Assembly (NCBI GenBank): GCA_016789725.1
Contig: JAEUQN010000008.1
Coordinates: 9,638 to 73,637, forward strand
DNA from: Blastocatellia bacterium
GTDB lineage: Bacteria > Acidobacteriota > Blastocatellia > RBC074
Direction of reading: 5' to 3'
Length of the DNA stretch: 64,000 nucleotides
The notes under the pieces were generated by a model. It did no database searches and had not been told where the DNA came from. It saw only the letters and a list, made by a program, of their open reading frames with translations. Positions 1 through 6,562 of the stretch are shown here, in pieces. The position numbers and the translations under genes are program-made. Numbering within the stretch: position 1 is the stretch's first letter; each line of letters starts with the position of its first letter.

Positions 1-331
1 GTGGCTTGCGCGTACTTTCAATGGCGAGCAGCAAGCCCTGATGACGACGGTGGCTGCGCGTGAGTGTCGTCTGCAAGCTTTCGCCGTGATAGTCCGATTG
101 TGTGAACGTGCGCGGACGCGTGGGGTACAGGCGCGTGAAATACTTTTCATCCAGCGGGACAGCATCTGCCGCTGGAATGATATGCCATTCGAGATTGAAG
201 CGCGCCAAGTGTGCGGCTACGGTTGACGATACATCGGGAATGGGCGCATCCTCTCGACGTAATGGCACATTTGGTGCGAGAGCAAAAAACTGACGCAAGG
301 TCGCTTCTCGTTCGTGTAGTTCAGGTAGCAT
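1..331 (-). CDS. hypothetical protein, N-terminal part; the gene runs off the left edge of the window
   Basis: ATG at 331-329 has GGAGG about 7 nt upstream. The frame stays open to position 1 (MLPELHEREATLRQFFALAPNVPLRRED...). It is absent from the ORF track because no stop lies inside the window. No family was recognised by eye. Confidence 0.4.
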   Translation of the reverse strand, partial: MLPELHEREATLRQFFALAPNVPLRREDAPIPDVSSTVAAHLARFNLEWHIIPAADAVPLDEKYFTRLYPTRPRTFTQSDYHGESLQTTLTRSHRRHQGLLLAIESTRKP

Positions 332-428
332 AGGTGAGCCTCCTTTGAGGCTAAAGATTACGCCGCTACGTGCGAAAGGCAAGACGCTTCCAGCGAAATG
401 CTCCAAAAGTTCCTGGCATTTTTACAAT

Positions 429-1598
429 ATGAAACATCATCTTTCCCAAAAAGTCTTACGCTTCACAAAATCCATCATCCGCGATATGTCGCGACAGGCA
501 ATGCAGCACGGCGCAATCAATTTGTCGCAAGGTTTCCCGGATTTTCCGACCTCCGACGAAATCAAACACGCGGCTATCGCGGCGATTGAAGCGGATCACA
601 ATCAATACACGATGACGTGGGGAACCAAGCGATTGCGCGATGCGATTGCCGCGAAGACGGCGTGGAGTATGGGCCTGGAATTCGATCCCGAACGCGAAAT
701 TGTCGTCACCGTTGGCTCGACCGAAGCAATGATTGCAACCTTGATGGCGGTCGTGAATCCGGGCGATGAAGTGATTGTCTTTGAGCCGTTTTTTGAGAAC
801 TATAATCCCGACACGATCCTGACCGGCGCGACGATTCGCCACGCGACGTTGTACGCGCCGGATTGGCATTTTGATCGTGACGAATTGCGCGTGCTTTTTA
901 ATGACAAGACCAAAGCCATCATCATCACGACGCCGCACAATCCGACGGGCAAAGTCTTCACGCGCGACGAACTGCGCTTCATCGCGGATTTGTGCATCGA
1001 ACACGATGTGCTGGCGATCACCGACGAAATTTACGAACACATCTGGTATCCCGATCCCGCGCGCAACGTGCATCACGTTTCGATGGCGACGCTCGACGGT
1101 ATGCGCGAACGCACAATCACGATCAACAGCTTGTCGAAAACCTACGAAGTTACGGGCTGGCGCATTGGCTACGCGATTGCGCATCCTGATCTGATTGATG
1201 GCATTCGGCAGGTGCATGATTTCCTGAGTGTCTGCGCCGCCTCGCCGTTGCAGGAGGCGGGCGTGACGGCGCTCGGAATGCCGCGTGAATACTACACGAA
1301 ATTGCAAAGCGCGTATTTGCGGCGGCGCGATTATTTGGTGGGTGCGCTGAAGGCGGCGGGCTTTCAATGCGTGAAGCCGGACGGCGCGTATTACGTGATG
1401 GCAGACATCTCAGCATTCGGCTTTGCGAATGATTTTGCGTTTGCGGAATATTTGATTCGGGACATTGGCGTTGCCGTCGTACCGGGCAGCAGCTTTTACA
1501 GTCGGCCTGAACTCGGCGCGCAGCAAGTGCGATTTTGTTACTGTAAACGCGATGATACCTTGCAGGCGGCGGCAGAGCGATTGTTGCGTTTGAAGTGA
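429..1598 (+). CDS. PLP-dependent aminotransferase, class I/II (YbdL / kynurenine-aminotransferase-like)
   Basis: NLSQGFPDF near the N-terminus and the PLP-lysine motif SLSKTYEVTGWRIGY. An internal ATG at 429 (MKHHLSQ...) gives a typical 389 aa; the track start at 345 is a TTG extension. Confidence 0.9.
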   Translation: MKHHLSQKVLRFTKSIIRDMSRQAMQHGAINLSQGFPDFPTSDEIKHAAIAAIEADHNQYTMTWGTKRLRDAIAAKTAWSMGLEFDPEREIVVTVGSTEAMIATLMAVVNPGDEVIVFEPFFENYNPDTILTGATIRHATLYAPDWHFDRDELRVLFNDKTKAIIITTPHNPTGKVFTRDELRFIADLCIEHDVLAITDEIYEHIWYPDPARNVHHVSMATLDGMRERTITINSLSKTYEVTGWRIGYAIAHPDLIDGIRQVHDFLSVCAASPLQEAGVTALGMPREYYTKLQSAYLRRRDYLVGALKAAGFQCVKPDGAYYVMADISAFGFANDFAFAEYLIRDIGVAVVPGSSFYSRPELGAQQVRFCYCKRDDTLQAAAERLLRLK

Positions 1599-1606
1599 AG
1601 AAAGGC

Positions 1607-1684
1607 GAGATTACGGAACAGACGGAAAAATTAAGGCGAAGCCAATTTCGTTTGTTATGTTTTTTTCGTCTGTTTCGTAATCTC
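1607..1684. repeat. long-range inverted repeat IR1 between convergent genes
   Basis: Arms are GAGATTACGGAACAGACGGAAAAA (1607-1630) and TTTTTCGTCTGTTTCGTAATCTC (1662-1684), with about 2 mismatches and a ~31-nt spacer. It lies between the aminotransferase stop and the PEP-CTERM gene stop. Confidence 0.7.
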
Positions 1685-1691
1685 TCTCCGA

Positions 1692-2297
1692 CTAGCTTCC
1701 CATCATGCGTTGCTTGCGCCTCCGTTTGATGCCTGACGCAAGACCCGCCAGCCCCGTTCCCAATAACAACAACGTTGTCGGTTCCGGTACAGGAGCCGTT
1801 AAGCCCGGCGCAGTAATGTTAACGGTCAAGCGATCTTGCGTTGCGCCAGTGATTACATTCAAGTTTCCTATCGAAGTTCCGGTTCCGGTCGCGCCCGCAA
1901 AGATACCTGTGCCGCCCGTAATAATGTAGCTCAAGGTGTATGTCGTATCTCCCGCTTGCGTGGCCTGCTGGATTGAACCCGCGAAAGTTCCTGAAAAGGC
2001 GCTTCCATTGGGGCCAGTAACCGTGAACGTCCCTTTGTTGGGATTGGAACCATCAGGATTGAGTACGGTGATGGCGACGGAGCCTAATGCATTGATCGCC
2101 AATGCTCCCAGCGGACTATCGTAGTTGCCTTTGAAATTGAAATCGAGTTGGGTGGGAGTGGGTGGCCCCGTTGGTACTGAGATGCCAAGCCCTGTCACGC
2201 TAAATGAAACCGTATCAGCCTTGACCGCAGGTGCAATTCCGATGAGCAAGACCATCGTGGCAATACCGGCAAGGCTGAGTTTTCGCACATAGATCAT
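1692..2297 (-). CDS. PEP-CTERM sorting-domain secreted protein
   Basis: The C-terminus VPEPTTLLLLGTGLAGLASGIKRRRKQ is a PEP motif, TM helix and basic tail. The signal peptide MIYVRKLSLAGIATMVLLIGIAPAVKA follows the internal ATG at 2297, which has an AAGGAAA SD. The body is Gly/Thr-rich. Confidence 0.8.
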   Translation of the reverse strand: MIYVRKLSLAGIATMVLLIGIAPAVKADTVSFSVTGLGISVPTGPPTPTQLDFNFKGNYDSPLGALAINALGSVAITVLNPDGSNPNKGTFTVTGPNGSAFSGTFAGSIQQATQAGDTTYTLSYIITGGTGIFAGATGTGTSIGNLNVITGATQDRLTVNITAPGLTAPVPEPTTLLLLGTGLAGLASGIKRRRKQRMMGS

Positions 2298-2490
2298 AAA
2301 GTTTTCCTTTCCGAGTAAGGTCAGATTTGATGTCTGACGGAGGTGAATAGAAACCCTCATGGACACCAATCGGTACGGCTGCTTGATGTGTGAGGTTGCC
2401 GGCTTTTGACTGCAAAAAATTGATTCGCTGAGCGGAGAAATTCTCTGCCCAGCGAATCGAAGCAACGATTGCTATGAGTGAAGTTTGAGT

Positions 2491-3342
2491 TTACTGCGAA
2501 CGGGTGGCGAGACCGTGGACATTTGTGCCCGGATCCGCGCCTTGCAAATAAATCTGGTTGCCGCCGTCTACGACCATAAACACATAATTGATCGTGTTGC
2601 CAAGCGAGTCCCCATAATTTCCCGTGCCGGTGCAATCGCTGTTGATCTTGAAGGTGCCTTGCGAACTGCGCGGCAAAATTTGCCCGTTGAAGCTGTTCGT
2701 ATCGAAGGCGCTCATTTTCCCATTTACTCTATCGTAGGGCGTGTGTGTGAAATATCCCACGGAAGCCAGGTTCGGGACGCCGGGAATATTGCCTTCTAAC
2801 CGATAGCTATAATGTCCTGCGATCATGCGGCTATCGCAATTCGGACGGCGTCCGGCCAGGGCAATGCGGCGGCCCACACCCTGCAATGCGATACCGGGAT
2901 TGGTGTTCAGAATATCAAGCTGATTGCCACCATCGGTCACGACGAAATAATATGTAATGAACCCTAAGGCCGGGGTGAGAAATTTGCCTGTCCCCGTGCA
3001 ATCGTCATTGGTGGTGAAGGTGCCGGTTGCCTCAACCAAATCAATCTGCCCATTGATGGTGCCATACGCGTGGATGCGTGTTGTACCATCTGGGTTATGC
3101 ACAAAGTACCCATTGACCAGAAATGGACCGAGGCCAATGATAGTGCCGTTCATTCGATACCCATAAGTGCCGCTGGCCGTACGATTGGAACAGCGAGGAC
3201 GTTGTGGTGGCGCGTGATTTTCTGATTGTGCCTGGTCCGCTTGCGCGCGGGCCGTGTTGTGATGGGAGAACTGGTTGCCTGCGACCACGAATAATCCGAT
3301 AGTCAGGCAGAACGAAAACGTGGCGATAATGATGCGTTTCAT
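2491..3342 (-). CDS. secreted protein of unknown function with two tandem ~115-aa homologous domains
   Basis: Signal peptide MKRIIIATFSFCLTIGLFVVAG follows the ATG at 3342 (SD GGAGAG). The two halves share C..R...G.Y.YR..G........GYF.H.P............G.........GTF....DCTGTG....................V.DGGNQ. Confidence 0.7.
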   Translation of the reverse strand: MKRIIIATFSFCLTIGLFVVAGNQFSHHNTARAQADQAQSENHAPPQRPRCSNRTASGTYGYRMNGTIIGLGPFLVNGYFVHNPDGTTRIHAYGTINGQIDLVEATGTFTTNDDCTGTGKFLTPALGFITYYFVVTDGGNQLDILNTNPGIALQGVGRRIALAGRRPNCDSRMIAGHYSYRLEGNIPGVPNLASVGYFTHTPYDRVNGKMSAFDTNSFNGQILPRSSQGTFKINSDCTGTGNYGDSLGNTINYVFMVVDGGNQIYLQGADPGTNVHGLATRSQ

Positions 3343-3583
3343 CTGGACTCTCCTGTTGCGGTGTTTTGGGTTGGCTGCAAAGTTACGGGGTACACCACAC
3401 CCCCAACAGATTTGCTGTTCGCGGAACTTCACAGTTGGGTTGAGAACAGAGTGGCTGGGACGCGGGTGCTCTTCGCCTCATCCACCGCGCTGTTCTCGCT
3501 ACGATGATTGCAATTTCCTTTTTCGTTTACTTCTTCGTGTGTGCTTGCCAAAGCAAGCCTTGGCAAGGTTTGACTACGCGCAG

Positions 3584-3599
3584 ACATCTTCATAGATGT
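3584..3599. promoter_or_regulatory. palindromic 16-mer ACATCTTCATAGATGT (copy A) inside a conserved 22-nt block
   Basis: Half-sites ACATCT / AGATGT are separated by 4 nt. The flanking GCGCAGAC is shared with copy B at about 5975-5998. The site lies about 250 nt upstream (gene sense) of the 3342 start. Confidence 0.35.
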
Positions 3600-4102
3600 G
3601 CCAAAACTCCAATTCTGCCAGCCGTGCGATTTCCAATTGTTCCAGATGGTATGGCGTGAAGGGACTGGGCGCTTGATGCACACCACCTCCTGTTTCTTCT
3701 GCGATTCTTCTGCGAAGATTGCCACACGATCTGAAACTCTTTGGCGTGCCATCGAATTGTAAGAAGCCGGAGACCAGACTGCGCCTGATCTCCGCTGCAA
3801 ACTATCGAATTGAGGTTGAAGCTGTAACTTTTCCAAAAGGCAAATCCATCGCCTTGACTACGCAAATATGGTTGGAGATACGAGGCCAATAGCTCTGAAT
3901 CTTGAGAGACTCATTGCCGTTCTTTTCTCTCCTATTTCTACAGGCGCGATTGCCAGGCAAAACCTGCCATGCAATGAAAAAGTTTTTGGCGTGGGATCAG
4001 GACACAACGAATAGGAAGCTCAGAAGAGCCTGATTGCCACTGCCGAAGGCTGAGTTGAAGTTGTAGAAGATACGAAATAAGCCGTAGTTCGTATTGTTGC
4101 GA

Positions 4103-4504
4103 TCAGCTTTCGGTGGCGGCATAGATGATCCACAGCACCAGGAATACCGCGCCAATTCCGGCTAGAACGCCAATTGCAATCTTGGCCCCCGTCGACATAT
4201 TTTGCCCCGTCGCTTTTGCAACATTGGGGTAGGGTACATTGGTTTCAGCCTTTGTTTCCGGGTCTGTAATCACAAACGAGTCTGTTCCGACCTGGCTGAT
4301 GTAGCCTTTCAATTTGGTCTTGTCACGCAGCTTCACTTCGATGCGTGCATCTGGTCCTGTGCCGAGTTTGGCGATGTTGGTTTTTACTTTCGCCGCAAAT
4401 TCTGCTGCCTTTTCAGCCTTTGATTTAGCCGCGACATTCGGTACGCCGACAACCAACAAACACAAAGCAACGGTGAGAACATAAACGGTAGTTTTTCTAA
4501 ACAT
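4103..4504 (-). CDS. small bitopic protein, paralog A (signal peptide or N-terminal TM, conserved ~70-aa core, C-terminal TM helix)
   Basis: 133 aa, MFRKTTVYVLTVALCLLVVGVPNVAA...KLGTGPDARIEVKLRDKTKLKGYISQVGTDSFVITD...IAIGVLAGIGAVFLVLWIIY. SD GGAGGAA lies 5 nt upstream. It is one of three paralogs in 2.4 kb. Confidence 0.75.
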   Translation of the reverse strand: MFRKTTVYVLTVALCLLVVGVPNVAAKSKAEKAAEFAAKVKTNIAKLGTGPDARIEVKLRDKTKLKGYISQVGTDSFVITDPETKAETNVPYPNVAKATGQNMSTGAKIAIGVLAGIGAVFLVLWIIYAATES

Positions 4505-4558
4505 AGGTTCCTCCTGAAAAAATAAACGTCTGAGTAAAGACCGTATCCACAGCCAGCG

Positions 4559-4951
4559 TTAGCTGTGATACCAGGCTGCCACAATAAGTGCGATGAGCGC
4601 GCCTGCGCCTGCCAGAGCGGAGAGGAGAATGACCTCTCCATTTGACATCCGGGTCTTGAGTTGTGTGACGTTGGGGTACAAAACAGTCGTTTCCGCATTG
4701 GTTTTAGGATCGGTCATCGCAAACGAATCTTCGCCGATTTTGCTGACATACCCTTTCAGCTTGGTCTTGTCCTGCAATTTCACTTGGAGCTTGGCCTCCG
4801 GGCCGGTGCCAAGCTTGGCAACGCGTTTTTTCACTTCAGCCGTGAACGCCGCCGCTTTTTCCTCTTTTGATTGTGCGACGATGGATGGCACGCTGATGAA
4901 CGACAAAAATAATGCACTGACTAAAAGGTAGGTGATGGGTTTCCTGAACAT
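4559..4951 (-). CDS. small bitopic protein, paralog B
   Basis: The internal ATG at 4951 (MFRKPITYLLVSALFLSF...) has a GGAGGAAAC SD. The protein is collinear with paralogs A and C. The track's N-terminal extension to 5047 reads through a 24-bp hairpin and was rejected. Confidence 0.75.
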   Translation of the reverse strand: MFRKPITYLLVSALFLSFISVPSIVAQSKEEKAAAFTAEVKKRVAKLGTGPEAKLQVKLQDKTKLKGYVSKIGEDSFAMTDPKTNAETTVLYPNVTQLKTRMSNGEVILLSALAGAGALIALIVAAWYHS

Positions 4952-4992
4952 AGTTTCCTCCTGCTTTGGGTAGTGGCGAAGTCCGGTGGGAT

Positions 4993-5047
4993 GTGTCAGT
5001 AGCCCGCGTGTCAGCCCAGCCCTGGCTGACGCGCGGGCTACTGACAC
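4993..5047. repeat. tight 24-bp-stem hairpin downstream of the OMP gene
   Basis: GTGTCAGTAGCCCGCGTGTCAGCC (4993-5016), a 7-nt loop, then GGCTGACGCGCGGGCTACTGACAC (5024-5047), with one mismatch. No U-tract follows on either strand. Confidence 0.7.
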
Positions 5048-5121
5048 GGAATTTGATCCCTATCCCACCTGATTTACCCGCTACCATCTTTTGAATGAAA
5101 ATACGGGCGAGTGAGTTGGTG

Positions 5122-5664
5122 TTATCGAAATGTCACCCCAACACGAGCGTTGAGGTAATGAACAAAATCATTTCCGCCACTGGTGCTGTACCGAAAGACG
5201 TTGTCTCGAAATTCGAGGCGAAGCCCCACGCGATCCTTGAACCAGTGATTGACCCCGACGCCAAAATTGAATCCACTGTCTCCGCCCCCACCGCGAAAGA
5301 TGCCGGTATATCCTCCCGTGACGAACGGCACTGTTTTGCCGGAACGGCTTGCATTCTTGAAGTGGTAGCCGCCATTCAAAGAGAACACCCCGAAGCCAAC
5401 GTCAAACTGTTCCATTGGCCCCAAAAACCCTAATTCCGCGCCGACGCTGCCCCCACCCGAAAAGACGTATTCGCCGCCTCCGCCAAGGTGGAGCGTGGCA
5501 TCATCTGTGGTGCGACCACCCGGTGCTGCAAACGCATAGCCGTAGCCTCCTGTTCGGCTTGCTTGTCGCGCCACTTGCGTTGCTGTTTGGGCTTTTGCGG
5601 CTGCAACTGTGACGAGCAGCGCGAGTGAAAAACTAAAGAGAGACAACCAGGTTTTCCGTCTCAT
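5122..5664 (-). CDS. small outer-membrane beta-barrel protein (OmpA-like TM / OmpW-type porin family)
   Basis: Signal peptide MRRKTWLSLFSFSLALLVTVAAAKAQ, alternating Gly/aromatic beta-strand pattern, and a C-terminal ...ARVGVTFR. Confidence 0.7.
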   Translation of the reverse strand: MRRKTWLSLFSFSLALLVTVAAAKAQTATQVARQASRTGGYGYAFAAPGGRTTDDATLHLGGGGEYVFSGGGSVGAELGFLGPMEQFDVGFGVFSLNGGYHFKNASRSGKTVPFVTGGYTGIFRGGGGDSGFNFGVGVNHWFKDRVGLRLEFRDNVFRYSTSGGNDFVHYLNARVGVTFR

Positions 5665-5974
5665 AAAATCCTCCTTATAGACCTTTTCCTTACTTCCTCA
5701 GGTGACTTTGAGAAACTACATTTGTCATCTGAATTAAAATGTTTGCGGTGCAGAGCTAACAATCTTGTTTTGCAATATGGCAAGATTCGTGCCAGGCAAT
5801 GTATCCTCGCGCAAGCCTTGCAGAATGCAGTCTTAACTGCGTTTTCAAGGACCTTGTCGGATTGATCTGACACCTGGCAGTGCCAGATTTTTCTGACGGG
5901 TGAAAGGCTGAACTGCTGTCAACTCAAAGACTGGCCGCCACTGTTTTATTTCTGAATCGCGCAAAGCATTCACT

Positions 5975-5998
5975 GCGCACAGACATCTTCATAGACGT
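5975..5998. promoter_or_regulatory. conserved block GCGCACAGACATCTTCATAGACGT (copy B of the palindromic motif)
   Basis: It matches copy A at about 20 of 22 positions. It lies about 310 nt upstream (gene sense) of the OMP start at 5664. Coordinates are +/-2 nt. Confidence 0.3.
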
Positions 5999-6130
5999 AC
6001 GAGCATTTCAACCGCTGAGTAAAGAACCGGATATGACGAAAGCCGCGCGCGGCTCCAGCTTGATCTTCGGATCACATCATCAACGTGACCATCATCACAC
6101 CTCTCTTGCCGGGCAAAGCAAAAGACCTGG

Positions 6131-6526
6131 TCAACTGTTGTACTCGTACCAGTTTAAGAAAACGATAATGCCGATTAAGACGGCGGCGGTGACTCCAATG
6201 GCAATCCACTGACCTTTGGTTAAGTGCTTCCCTTTGGCCTGCGTGACATTGGGATAGGCCATTTCAGTTTCGACGCCAGTTTTCGCATCGGCAATGACAA
6301 ATGATTCTTCCCCGACTTTGCTTATATAACCTTTGAGCTTCGTCTTGTCGCGCAGCTTCACTTCAATGCGTGCTTCCGGGCCGGTGCCGAGTTTGGCGAT
6401 TTCGGTTTTTACCTTCGCGGCAAGTTCAGCGTCTTTTTCTTCTTTGGTTTTGGCGAATGTAGGCAGCACAACTAAAGAGATCAGCAAGGCGCTGACTAAA
6501 ACGGGAACGATGGGTTTTCGGCACAT
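6131..6526 (-). CDS. small bitopic protein, paralog C
   Basis: 131 aa, MCRKPIVPVLVSALLISLVVLPTFA...KLGTGPEARIEVKLRDKTKLKGYISKVGEESFVIAD...WIAIGVTAAVLIGIIVFL. A GGAGGAA SD is present. Confidence 0.75.
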   Translation of the reverse strand: MCRKPIVPVLVSALLISLVVLPTFAKTKEEKDAELAAKVKTEIAKLGTGPEARIEVKLRDKTKLKGYISKVGEESFVIADAKTGVETEMAYPNVTQAKGKHLTKGQWIAIGVTAAVLIGIIVFLNWYEYNS

Positions 6527-6562
6527 AAATTCCTCCTGAAAGTTTGGGTTAGAAATAAAACT

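Noticed and set aside
456-1367. Long antisense or alternative-frame ORFs inside well-supported genes. Examples are 456-1367(-), 6572-7696(+), 16952-17707(-), 24191-25075(-), 27334-28101(-), 34725-35420(+), 43154-44152(-), 49258-50013(-) and 50440-51183(-).
   Set aside because: They lie entirely within genes that have clear family motifs on the other strand or frame. They are Arg/Gly/His-rich with no recognisable domains, SDs or signal peptides. This is typical of shadow ORFs in moderately GC-rich DNA.
1692-2465. N-terminal extensions given by the ORF track for several genes: 1692-2465, 2491-3432, 4559-5047, 11349-12977, 29789-30610, 37990-41235, 44044-44937, 54715-55821, 60755-62221 and 62348-63295.
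   Set aside because: In each case an internal ATG is preceded by a GGAGG-like SD, or directly yields a signal peptide or canonical N-terminus. The extension either overlaps the upstream gene or reads through an inverted repeat.
3429-3889. Two overlapping minus-strand ORFs (135 aa and 99 aa) in the 3.4-4.1 kb gap.
   Set aside because: They have unusual composition (Trp/Arg/Ser-rich), mutually exclusive frames, no SD or signal peptide, and no family resemblance. The region is treated as non-coding or a remnant and is reported as a finding.
3958-3975. A sigma54-like TGGCA...TGC element in the shared upstream block (also at 16404-16418), read on the minus strand as CATGGCAGGTTTTGC.
   Set aside because: The spacing between the GG and GC elements is about 2 nt shorter than the -24/-12 consensus. 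The second copy also lacks the GC.
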